64,000 nucleotides of DNA from Geosiphon pyriformis uo1 (taxonomy: Eukaryota > Fungi > Glomeromycota), in contig JAAOMT010000200.1 in the NCBI GenBank assembly GCA_016748015.1, forward strand, positions 680,984-744,983, written 5' to 3'. Under the pieces are notes generated by a model, which searched no databases, had not been told where the DNA came from, and worked only from the letters and a program-made list of their open reading frames with translations. Shown one piece after another: positions 12,212-23,900 of this stretch (position 1 is the first letter of the stretch; each line of letters opens with the position of its first letter). Made by a program: the position numbers and the translations under genes.

Positions 12212-12933
12212 TGTTACAGGTTGGAGTAATAAACTAACAGATAGCAAAGAAGAACAGAATTATAGGATGATGAAAATAATCAAAGAAATTCAATTTCAAA
12301 GAGTAAATTAAATGAGTATGGATTCAATGTGTGAGATCAGTCTTATAAAATATCTTAGTCACTATTTTTTTCAAAAGATAACTGGAGAATCTAAAGGTAA
12401 AGGGATAGTCCATACTGTCAACAAATAATTACACTTGATATAATTCTATGTCTCACATCAGCACTTTTAGAATTCAATATCAAGTATCAGATGTGTTCTT
12501 TAGTCATGTTTTATTCAATAATCTTCAAATGCTACACTTATATGTTTCAGGAAAAAGATAGAAAAATACCAACAAGTGATTTTTTATCCCAAAATGTTCA
12601 GATACTTGAAGATAAGAAAAAAGAAATTAGCAATAAGAAAATAATTGAGATGAAAGTTGTTATTTTATTTATTTTTAATTATTTTAAACATGTTTTTCTA
12701 TAGCTAAGAGATTTATTACTTATATAGCTATCAAAAGTGATCAATAATCAGATCAACAACTAAGTCAATGATCAGGTCAATAATCAGGTCAATGATCAGG
12801 TCAATAATCAGATCAATGGTTAGGTCAATGATCAGGTCAATGATCACTATCTAAAAATAGAGTGGCTAATTATATGATATTAGTAATTAATACATGTGAT
12901 AATTAATAAGAAGTATAGGTTTCAACTGTAATA
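12212..12933 (-). repeat. 3' LTR of element B (722 bp) with 12-bp tandem repeat (AATGATCAGGTC)n at about 12737-12847
   Basis: Collinear with 49612-50297; PPT complement TTATCCTCTCCA directly at 12934. Confidence 0.92.
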
Positions 12934-13559
12934 TTATCCTCTCCAAAAAGATTGAGCTTTGGCAAAATCAAGCTATTTATAAAGTAATTTATTTGAAAAG
13001 TTTTGTCTAATTCAAAACTAACTAGTTTATTGAAGTCTTTGATAAATAAGGTGTATAATATTTAAGATAAAATGAGTTTTGTATCCAAGAAACCAAATCT
13101 TTGTATTAGAGTTTTGGCTCTTTTAGCAATAGTTAAAACTCTTGGAACATCTAATTGTATAATGTTCAAAATTTCTGCCTGTATTTCTGAAGTTGTTTTC
13201 TTTATTAGTTTCATGTCCTCTATGATTTTACTAAAGTGACCATAAAGTTTTAATTGTCTTTTATATGACAAGTTTTTGTCTATAAGTAAGATTTCTTGCA
13301 GTGTTTTTTTAATTATACTAGAAGGTAGAAGTATAACTGCTATTATACTTTCCAACAAATATTTATCCATTTTGCTACCAATTTTTTCTCTTCTGGTAGT
13401 AGTTTTCTTTGGTCTAATAACAGTATGTGTTTTACTGTTATCAGTTATGATGGTTTGTTTTCTAATGATCAGAGTAACATTTGGATAGTTTTTGATCCAA
13501 TACTCATAGAGAGTATAGAAAGTGTTTTAAATGTTTTGATCCAGAAAATAATTGTTCAT
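12903..13559 (-). pseudogene. Element B ORF3 (divergent homologue of the accessory ORF)
   Basis: ATG 13559 MNNYFLDQNI.NTFYTLYEYWIKNYPNVTLII is in frame with ORF 13062-13370; N-terminus aligns by eye with ORF3 of A/C/D; frameshift near the 3' end. Confidence 0.65.
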
Positions 13560-13600
13560 GTTGATTGAAGATATCTCTGTTTTGGAAATGGTGCATTTAT

Positions 13601-14914
13601 TTATACTTGATTTTTGTTGATCATTTGAGTCAGTATTACCACAATAGACAACTAATCAGGTCGTTTATAATATTTCTTGAGTCATGTATCATGAACAGAA
13701 CAATCATTAAAGATTGTTTTGGACTGATCTTAAAGAATATAAGAACCATTGTTCAAAGCTTTGTTGACTATAAAGGGTCTTTTTCATCAGCTAGAGAATT
13801 TATTACCATAGACATTGTTTCTGTTTGAACAGTATTTCAATACCAAGTTACCAACACTTAAAGAAAATGTTTTATAGGTTTTCTTTTTCTTAAGCTTTTC
13901 TTGGAACTGTTTTATCTTTTTAAAAGCAATTATTTGTGCTTCTACTAAGAAGTCAAAAATGGTATCAAGTTTTCTTTGCAAAATGTCTTTGTAATTTCCT
14001 ATTGTGATCTTTTCAAAGGGTATTGTTTCAATGTTAGTTTTTATTAATAGTGTTGTTATGTGTCTATAGAGCAGATAAAAAGATTCATAACTTGTTATGT
14101 TATGATTTAAAGTTTTATAAGCAAACAAAGCTGAAAACAGTATTTTGTCTCATAAGTTTGTTTCTTTACTGGTTTTGGTTAGAGTTTTACATAATGTTTT
14201 ATTAAAACATTCCATTAGGCTATTTGTTTAGGGGTGATAAGAGAAGGAAAGTTTATAAAGTATTTCCATTTTTCTACAAAGTTCTTCAACTAGTGTACTG
14301 AGAAAAGCTCTTTTTCTATCAGATAAAAGTTCTTTGAAGCAGCCATGATGGCAAATGATATCTTTATAAATAAAATTGGCTATTGAGACTGCTGTTTAGT
14401 CAGAAGTAACTCTTACTTCTACCCACTTTGTAAGATAGTCAGTAACTATAATAATGTATCTATTGTTATTAAGAGTTATTATTAAAAGTCCAATAACATT
14501 TATACCAATTCTGTTAAATGATTGACCAACAAAAATTGGATGAATATTTTCTTTGTGATTGGGTTTGCCTTTTTTTTAACAAATATCACAGGTTTTAATG
14601 TATTCAGCAATGTTTTTTCTTAAAGTAGGCCAATAATAGCAAGCTAAAGTTTTCTGAATTGTCTTTGTTTTTCCAAAGTATCTAGCTAATGAGTCAGTAT
14701 ACATGTTGTATATTACAATTTCTCTTTCTTCAAATCTGATAACTCTCTGAGAGCAGTCAGAATCTTTTTTATTTCTTTTATATAGCTGGTTCTGGCAAAT
14801 CAAATAAAAATTTGATTGTTTGCACAAATGTTCTCTTTGCTGTTGAGTGTATTCTAATGGGTATTGTTCTTTACCCAAAAATTCTATTAAGGCAGAATAG
14901 TTGTCCAAGTCTAT
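13601..14914 (-). pseudogene. Element B integrase, separate cistron
   Basis: (M)DLDNYSAL start (ATG>ATA); YYWP..CDIC; IVTDYLTKW; LLSD; ends L(P>S)IVVI. Confidence 0.88.
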
Positions 14915-14978
14915 TATTGTGTTTGTTTATGAAGGAGTTATTAATAATTAAGTTGGTTTGATTTGAGAAGTTGTACTA

Positions 14979-15115
14979 TTACTGAATGATAAGTTTAGAG
15001 AAAGTGTTAGTATTTTAATGATTTGCTCTTTTGTGGTGTTAAATATCATAGTCAAATTCATCCAAGTGGAGTATTCAACAAGTTATTTGTTTGTGTTTCA
15101 GCTTTTTTTTATTGC
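14979..15115 (-). pseudogene. Element B RNase H C-terminus and Pol stop
   Basis: ILHLDEFDYDI..HKRANH.NTNTFSKLIIQ then TAA TAG; continues from 45490. Confidence 0.8.
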
Positions 15116-15119
15116 ACAG

Positions 15120-15993
15120 TATTACAGGTGATTATTTCTGGTATGAGAATAAATAACAAACCCGTAACTTAGTGCTCAAAAGCTATTGATTTCTGTTGAT
15201 GTTGGTATTGATTATCTGAAGGTTTTGGGTTAAGTTCTTTGTATAATGGACAGAGATTCAATTGTAATTGTAATAGTCTTCGGAATTGCAATTCCGTCCA
15301 ATTTCTTTCTTAGCGTGGAGCCAGATTTATTCTAGCAGTCATGCCCTTTTGGTAAGCTATCCGATAATATATAAAATTCTACCCTTATTTCTGGGTCTTT
15401 TACCAGGCTATCCATGATGTCAATAACTCAGCACTTTTAATCTTTAATCAATTAGTATACAACAACAAAACAAAGACTGAAAAGAAAAAAAAGAAAGAAA
15501 GCAAAGAATATGAAATAAAGCCAATAAGCCAAGGCGATTCTAATTTGTATCCTGTCAATAGCTGTGATTAAGAGCTATTGTTCCAGTATGGTTAAGTATG
15601 CACTACTATCAACATAAAATGTTGATAATTGAGAATGAATTTGAGATAATGAATAATTATTTATTTGATATTTGTAATATAGAAGGTTGTTTAGGTTTTA
15701 AACTAAACTGGATGTTCTTTTTTCTGCTTCTAATGCTATCCCTATATATACATAATTGAGATTCTTCAATTTCTCAATTTTTCATGATAGAAATTCTGGA
15801 ATTCCTGGAATCCTGTAATTCCTGATGAAAAAAATCCTGGAATTTTGGAATCCTGCGATTCTTCAATGGAGAATTCTGAAATTCCTGGAATTCTGTGATT
15901 CCTCAGAGGAATTTTGGAATTCCATATTTTATTATGTCTACTCTGATTGGCTAATTTATATCCTAATATAATTCCTATAATTTATGAGTAACA
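15120..15993 (-). repeat. 3' LTR of element C (874 bp) with GGAATTCCTGGAATCCTG-type repeats at about 15790-15925
   Basis: Collinear with 44663-45485; PPT complement TTATTCCCTTCTTTTT at 15994. Confidence 0.92.
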
Positions 15994-16007
15994 TTATTCC
16001 CTTCTTT

Positions 16008-16670
16008 TTAATATTGAGCTCCATCAAAATTTCCTAACTTTTCTAATTCCCGCCCTTGTACTATTTTTTGAATTTTTTTTTCTAAAATTATTTGTATTAT
16101 TTGTGTCTGTAATTTTTTGAATTGGACATTGATGATTTTGCCCCATTGGTTAATAGTAACAGTATCCATTGCTTTGTCGAGTAGGATTTCTGGCCGGTCT
16201 TAAAATACAGCATGTATTCTGTAAATGGCTTAGGCTTGTGTGAATAAGTTGTTTTTCTCCACAAAAGATTCCAACTGTTGTAGTATTGTGTTATTAAACA
16301 ACCGTTTTGTTTTATCTGTATACAAATTCTGGATATTTATATGTTGTCCCAAGTAGAAATAACAGTAGTTTTTTGAAAATTGCTGGGTTCATCAATTCCA
16401 AGTTTCTTTGGTTAATTCTTGGTATTGTCCGACTACTTGTTGCCCTTTTATTGCCAATTTTACTTTGGTAATTATTTTCTCTATCATATTTTCAGGTTTT
16501 TTTTGTACTTTGTGTTGTGGTTTCTTTGTTGTGTTTCTGTACTGAATAGTTTGTTAATTGATTATAATCTCCATTTTTTGTTGTTGAATCAATTGAAAGA
16601 GTTGTTATACTAGGGAGTGGATGTTGTCTGTGATTTCCATTTTTTGGCTTTCTTTTGTTACATCAACCAT
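16008..16670 (-). pseudogene. Element C ORF3 (220 codons, several C>T stops)
   Basis: MVDVTKESQKMEITDNIHSLV...YCYFYLGQH...LESFVEKNN...AIYRIHAVF...WGKIINVQFKKLQ...NFDGAQY stop at the PPT; not in the ORF track because of stops. Confidence 0.8.
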
Positions 16671-16695
16671 GTCTTTTTATATGCTCTTTTGTTAA

Positions 16696-18078
16696 CTAAT
16701 TTGATGTGTTAGTACCAATAATAATGATTGGTTCTAGATTTTGTGGAATGTTCTTTGGTCAGACTAGTATTTTCTGTACCCCTAATTGTAGAATATTATT
16801 GGTAGATGATGATACTATATTGTGATATGGTTTTAGTCGATCTCCATGTGCTGCTTTGGCCAAAATTTTGTTGTTCAATCTTAATTTATAAGCTCTATTT
16901 CCTAGAATTTCTTCTATGTGAAATAGTCTGTCCCATTTGGAATCAAATTTTCCACTCCATTGTTTTTTTACTTTGGTGCAATGTAAAAATAGTTTGTCTC
17001 TAATCCTGAATTCTACTGGTTTGTCTGGTAGTTGGCTATCATGTTATTCTTTCTGTTTTCCTTGTGACTTTTGTATATTGTCAGCTGCTTTTCTTTTTTT
17101 GTTTTTCAGAGTTTTTATTAAGTTATATGTTCTTCTCAACAATGTTTCTTGGAAATTTTCTTTTGTTATTGGTTCTGTTGAATACATGTTAACTTCTATC
17201 TTAACTGGTAATGTTGCTGTTCTACCGTATACCAATTCAAATAGTGTTGCTTGTGTAGTATCTTGCTTTATTGTTTGATAAGCAAATAATACTGATGGTA
17301 TTAATAAATCCCAATTATCTTGATTTTTTTGGCTGAGCTTGGCTATTGCTTCACACAATGTTCTGTTAAATCTTTCGACTAATCCGTTGGTTTGTGAATG
17401 GTATAGTAATAATAGTGGTCTCTTAATTCCGAATCTTTGGCTTAATTCTGCTAATGTTCTGTTCACAAAATAAGTTTCTTGGTCTGAGAGTAATTTTTTT
17501 GGACATCCATGTTGACAAATTAGATCTTGGTAGACGAATTTGGCAATGGATTTTGCATCTGCTCTTTGAATTGCTTTTGCTTCTGACCATTTAGTAAGAT
17601 AGTCTATGGCTACTGCTATGTATCTATTTCCTCTGCTGGTAATTGTCAATAGTCTGACTAAGTCAATTCTAATTCAATCAAATGGTTGTCTTATTTTAAT
17701 TGGTCTTAATGGTTTGCTGGGCCTTGTTTCCCCTCTTCTTTAACAAGCATCACAATTTTGAACATATTGGATGATGTCTGGATACATTGATGACCAATAG
17801 TATCTTTTCCTGGTTCTTTCCATTGTGGCTTCTTTATGAAAATGTCCTGTTGTAGGATCTGAATGTATATTATATAATATTGTCTCTTTTTCTAGCTTAG
17901 TGATAACTCTAAGTGGTTGATTGGGGTCTTTTCTGTTTTTCCAATAAAGTATATTTTGGTAAGTAATAAAATATTTTGATTGTTGTTTTATATGATTCTG
18001 TTCCTTTTAAGATAATTTCTCCTTGAACAATTGAGTATTAATATAGTGTTGAAGTTGTTAATATTTTTGTGTGTTTAT
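16696..18078 (-). pseudogene. Element C integrase, separate cistron in a different frame from Pol
   Basis: ATA(ATG)-NTQKY start; GHFH, YYW, CDAC; ORF 17044-17649 DDE core; ends NLEPIIIIG. Confidence 0.9.
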
Positions 18079-18140
18079 CTTTTTGTTATATTTTTGTTTG
18101 AGTTGTGTTGGTTTTGCTATATTTTTGGGTTGAAATGTTT

Positions 18141-19905
18141 CTAGATCTGCCTCATTTATGACAGTCCATCTGCATTTCTATTGTTTTTTCCTTTTTTGTA
18201 ATGTATTGTATAATTAAATGACGATAATTCTATTTTTCATCTTGCGTGGTGTCCATCTCCAAATTCTTGTTTCTGGATTGATGTTAATCTTTTGTGATCA
18301 GTGTAGACATCAAATTTCTGACTCAAGTATTCTTTCCATTTGGTGATTGCCCAATAGATAGCCAAATGTTCCAATGCTGGTGTTCCATAGTTTCTCTCAG
18401 CTGGAGTTAGACCTTGGCTTGTATAAGCTACTGGATGTTCTCTTCCATCCAGACCTTTTTGTGACAATACTGCTCCCAATGCTTGGCCTGATGCATCTGT
18501 GGTGATCATGAATGGCTTGTTGTGATTGGAATATATCAGTACTGGAGCTTAAATTAGCTTCTTTCTTAGTATATTGAAAGCTTCTTGTTGTGCTTCAGTT
18601 TATTCATATTTAATGTTCTTTGCTAATAATTGATTCAGTGGCTGGGCTATTTTGGAGAAGTTTTGGATAAAGCGGCGGTAATATCCAGCAAATTCCAAGA
18701 ATGCTCTTAATTCGGTAAGATTCTTTGGCTCTGAAAAGTTTTTGACTGTCTCAATTTTTCCTGGATTTATTTTGATGCCATCTTTGCTTACTATGTGTTC
18801 CAAAAACTGGAGTTCAGTTTTCCCAAAAAAACACTTGCTGGCATTTAATTTCAATTCCGCTCTTCTTAGTTTCTCGAACACCTGTTGGAGATGATAAAGA
18901 TGATTATCAAACGTTTTTGAGAACACATTAGTGTCATCCAAATAAACTACTACTGATTTCCAGATTAAGCCTTGGTATACAATTTCAATCAGTTATTGAA
19001 ATATTGCTGGAGCATTCATCAAGCCAAAAAGCATGACTTTGAACTTAAAATTTCCTTCTCTGGTGGTGAAAGCCATTTTTTCTTTGTCATCTGGGTTCAT
19101 GGCTACTTGCCAGTAACTACTGTCCAAATCTAATGTCAAGAACCTTTTTTTTTCTCCAAAAGCATCAAACAATTCTTGAATTCTGGGAGTTGGATAGCTG
19201 TCACCATAAGTAATACTATTGAGCTTTTTGTAGTCCACACAAAAGTGGATCTTTCTATTCTTTTTCCAGATGAATATCACTGGTGATAACCATGGGCTCA
19301 TTGATGGCTGAATTAGCCTGTTGTTAAGCATCTAATTAATTTCTTGACAAATGATCTCATGGCTGGCTGGTGGCACTCTGTATGCTCTTTGTTTAATTGG
19401 CATTGCATCTTCAGTCTTAATCTGGTGTTGAATAATGTCAGTTCTGCCAAATTCATTTTCACTTGCAAAGATGTCATTAAAATTGTTAAGCAACTGTTTG
19501 AGTTGCATCCATTGAAGTGGATCTAAGTTACTCATGTTCATTTGTTCCAATTGTTCTGGTTGGAGCAAGTAACATTCATTTTGTCCATAAATTGTTTGTG
19601 ATGTAATGTCAATGTATCCACACAATTGTGAAAAGTCTGGAATGGAATACAGCAGCTGGTTCTCTATCTCTGTGCTTAAGTATCCAATAATTGTTTTTGC
19701 TGGGATCTCGATGAGACTTCCAGTGTTGTTGTAGATAGAAATTTTAATATGGTTGTGGTTCTTGGCTGGTATGTGAAGATTGACAAGTCTAATCTTTCCT
19801 GATTCACAAAAAGCTAACTCTGCTTCGAAAATTTGATCCTGATCTCTTACTTTTCATTCTATAACTACCATGTGCTGGTCATATGGCAGAATAGAAATTG
19901 GTTGG
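18141..19905 (-). pseudogene. Element C pre-RT segment, RT and RNase H, ending in a stop after NADGLS.MRQI
   Basis: ORFs 19332-19625, 18993-19331, 18600-18941 (LDDT) and 18237-18509 (TDAS, TDHK) share one frame; TAG at 18141-18143. Confidence 0.92.
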
Positions 19906-19909
19906 CCAG

Positions 19910-20895
19910 TGTTACCAGACAAAATTAAAGATATTATTTAGCATGAAATTATCTTTATAATTTTTATCATTAATTAGCATATATTATTGTTTCAAATTAT
20001 CACTTATTATATTAGCAAAATGTCTGAAATTATTATTTAATTAATAACCCAATTTGTATATAACATAAATGTAATCTAATTGTGATGATCAATCATGCAA
20101 TACCCCGAACTATAGAACATTCAAAAAGTTCACCAAAATTTGTATAAATTTGCCAAAATAATTGATAGTTCACCAAAATATCTAATAGTTTGCAGAAATA
20201 ACTTGTAGTTCACCGAAATGTATCTCTAGTTCAGCAAAATTGTAGAAAATAGCAAAGTTCAAATTCATAGAATAGTGTTATGACAAATTGTATAAAAGAA
20301 GAGCTTCTCTTTTTGAGAAAATGTATTTTACTTTAGATTTAACAATTAGAATCATTCTTTACACACAAAAACAAAATAAATATCAAATAAATTCAAAAAG
20401 CCAAATTTTTGATTATTTCCCTTAAAATTAACCAATTTCTACTAACAGTTTGAAATTAATTAGCTACTAATTTCAATAGACTGTTAAAGCACTTCCAGGC
20501 CTGGATCTGAAACAACTTCCATAAATCATCAGTTTTACTTTTCTTTTGCATTTCTTTTATTTTTTTTTCTTTTCTTATTATAAATCATTTGGGTAGCCTA
20601 CAGACAAGAATTCCTGTAGAAGAGTTGACTTTCATAGTAAAATAACTACACATTTTAGTAAGCTTCCAGATAAGCAATTCCTGAGAAAGAGTTGATGTTT
20701 ACTACAACATAACTATACCAAGTAATTGGCACAGAATTGGCCATTTCACTTATAAGCCCAGCAGTTCAAATTATAGAAGATAATTTGAAGATAAAATTCA
20801 GTTATCGAAGATTCAAACACTTCTCATAGTTGTGAATTAACAGCATTACAACAAACATACAAGAGCTAAAAAGAAACCAAAAACTTCTGGTAACA
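19910..20895 (+). repeat. 5' LTR of element E; AGTTCACCGAAAT-type repeats at about 20127-20240, TATA-like GTATAAAAG at about 20290
   Basis: TGTTA...TAACA termini; collinear with 28841-29826. Confidence 0.95.
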
Positions 20896-20897
20896 TT

Positions 20898-20908
20898 TGG
20901 TGCTCTCC
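20898..20908 (+). other. Primer-binding site of element E
   Basis: TGGTGCTCTCC, 2 nt after the LTR CA. Confidence 0.85.
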
Positions 20909-20940
20909 TACAGAAACAACACAGCAAAAACAACTTCAAA

Positions 20941-23900
20941 GTGGCAACCACACCAAACACAACAACTCTAGAGTATTACCAGTCAATTTACATCCACTGT
21001 TAGCAAAGATTCAACATTCCAGACGGAATTAAAGTTGTTAAGAAATCAGTATACCAATACATTGAAAACTGCATCAACAATTATCTTTTTGGAAATTACA
21101 ATATCTCAGAAGTTAGAAGCAATTTTTACAATAATTTAGTACACTATTCACAGTTAAGAACTGAAGACCTTAACAGTAAAACACTTGCCACTTATTTTCA
21201 AGAACTTAATTTTAACATTATCAAGTACTGTGAAGAAACATATCCAGTGCAGTCTCAATACTCTATTAATTTTGATTCAGAGACAGAAACAAGCAACAAA
21301 GGCAAACAAAAATTGAAGCAATACTCAAAAACCACCCCAAATACTCCAATACTACCAAAAACAACTGCCAAACACTTACAAACACCTGAACAAGGAACCA
21401 GTTCAAAACTTCCACTTATTATCACACTTTTTCCAGCTTTACTTGCACAAGCACAAACACCTAATTCACCCTTAAATCAATTTGCAAAACTAGAAGATTT
21501 TACATCACCCAGAAGTTCCACCAGACAACAAAAACCCCTTCAAACTAGTTTCAATCTCCTTGACTTTCTAGCTGAAAATCAAAGTGAACACTCTGAGACA
21601 GCAGTAAATGAAGAAAACAACTCTGAAATATCTAAAGAAGAATCAATAAACAGTGAAAACGAAGAAGACAAAATGACAGCATACATCACAAAAATTCCTG
21701 AATTTAATAGAGAAGACATTGAGACCAGTCCCCAAGAATGGCTCAACCAAGTTACTAAAGCTGGAGATGCAAATGGATGGAATGCTGCCAGAATGTTAAG
21801 AACAATTCCCTATTTTCTCAAAGAAACAGCAGATAAATGGTTCGAAAACTTGACCACCCCTTTTAATGACTGGACAGCTTTCAAAACTGCTTTCTTAGAA
21901 CAATTCACTGATAACAACACCTCAATTACACTTCGAAATTGTTTTTATAATATCAAACAAGAACTCTCCAAATCTGTCATAACTTATATTGGAAAATTCA
22001 ACAAATTTTTCAGATGAATTTGCCAACTTGAAACTAATGATTATTATTCTGATGCTCAAATCTTGGATCAATTTATTACTGGTTTAAAAGATAAACTGAT
22101 TAAAAAGATTCACACACATGCCCCAAAAGATTTAAACTCTGCCATTTAACATGTAAAGAGATATGAAATGGCCATGGAAGAAGCCAATCATACAAAACTC
22201 ATGAACTTAGTCATTGGAAAGACCAGCTCAGCAGCTGAAGAGAAAATTGACCAACTCACAAAGAAAGTCAAAAACTATTTCACCAACCAACAACAACAGC
22301 AACTTCAAAGATATCAACCACCCCAAAAATAAAATCAAAACAACTTTGTATCATCCTCTAATAACCAGCCTTAAAATTGCTATTACTATGGAATCCCTGG
22401 CCACTGGAAAAGAGATTGCAGAAAGCTACAATGAGACCAACAAAACAGGAATAATCAACATTACCCTTCACCACAACAATTTTATTACCAGCCACTACTA
22501 CCACCAGCTTACTATTTACCAAGACCACAATATCAAACCAACTACTATCAACCTGTTCCACAGCCAATGCAACAACAGTATCGACAACCCATTCAACATT
22601 ACCAAGTACCTGCTCGAAGATTGGTTCAACAAAACCAATTTGCACCACAAAACCAATTCGCAACAAACAACAACAGAATCAACCCAAATAACCAATTAGT
22701 TCCCCAAAATCCAGCTCAGCTAAAACCCACCCATTATCATATTCAACCTAGCTATCTTACAATATCTGAAGAACAGAATTTTTACCATACTGCACTCTCG
22801 GAAGATAGAGCTGCAGCACGACAACAAAACCCTTCCTATACTCCTACCACAATCTCACCAGTCAGAATTGCTGAAAATGCCAATCTTTCAGATATATTCT
22901 CTTTTGAGTTCGAAGCAAATGAGTCACCATTCCTGCTTAGCAATGCAGCCACCAATGAACAAAAAGCAATCACTGCTATGTACACTAAAGCAGAAGTTGA
23001 AGGAAAGACAATTTGCTTAATCCTAAACAGTGGATCCGTCAGAAATATTATTACTTACCAGTTGATGCAACAGTTAAAGAGAAATGTTGACTGACCAGCT
23101 CAAACAGTAATTGTCACTGCTGATGGCATGAAAAAGACTCCAGTAGGAGAAATTGACAATTTTCCATTCACTCTTGATGGAATCACCATTCCAGTTAAAG
23201 TTTTTATAATGGATGCTCCTCAGTATCAAGCTCTTGTCGGAAATGACTGGCTTCAAAAAGCCAATGCAAAATTAGACTGGGAAACCCAAGAACTACAAAT
23301 CTCTTACCAAAGACAACATGCTTGAGTACCTGCCACTTGTGGTACATTCAACAAATGCTCTGAAAAAGTCCCAGCTTTTGAATTCAAACCAGAAGAAGAA
23401 AAGCCTGTAGTTGAAACATTTATGGCACTTGAATCAACATCTAACTGGACTGAAGAAACTGAGCAAATGTATTTTGCAACAAACTTATATCCAGAGGAAC
23501 CAGAAACCCCTGGATGGAACATCTCATATTCTAAACCAGAACCAAAGAAATAACACCTTTACATTTCACTTAAATGCAAAGACTGCCACAAGAAACTCTC
23601 CTCAATGGGAGCCTGCATTTCACCTGAAGAAGAATATAAAAATCATACTTGTTATTACTGCAAGGCTTGCCACAGAGAATGATGGGGCAATCTAATAAAA
23701 AGAAGCAGAAAATGGGATAACACCCCTTGTTTGACTTGTGGAGATATGCTACCAGAAGAATGCAATTGGATTAATGTAACAATGAGAGGAGAAGTCTGCA
23801 ATCAGACCTGCCAATATGCTTTATCAATTTCAGAAAAAGTCAAAAGAGGAACATCCTTTGATGCAGCGTACAACAGTGCTCTCAACAAACTTTATTACTA

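Noticed and set aside
12737-12847. CRISPR-like array
   Set aside because: Head-to-tail 12-bp units with no unique spacers, inside a eukaryotic LTR; no cas genes.
15790-15925. Heat-shock or STAT-like elements in the C LTR repeats
   Set aside because: GAA/TTC spacing is mostly non-canonical; cannot be supported from sequence alone.
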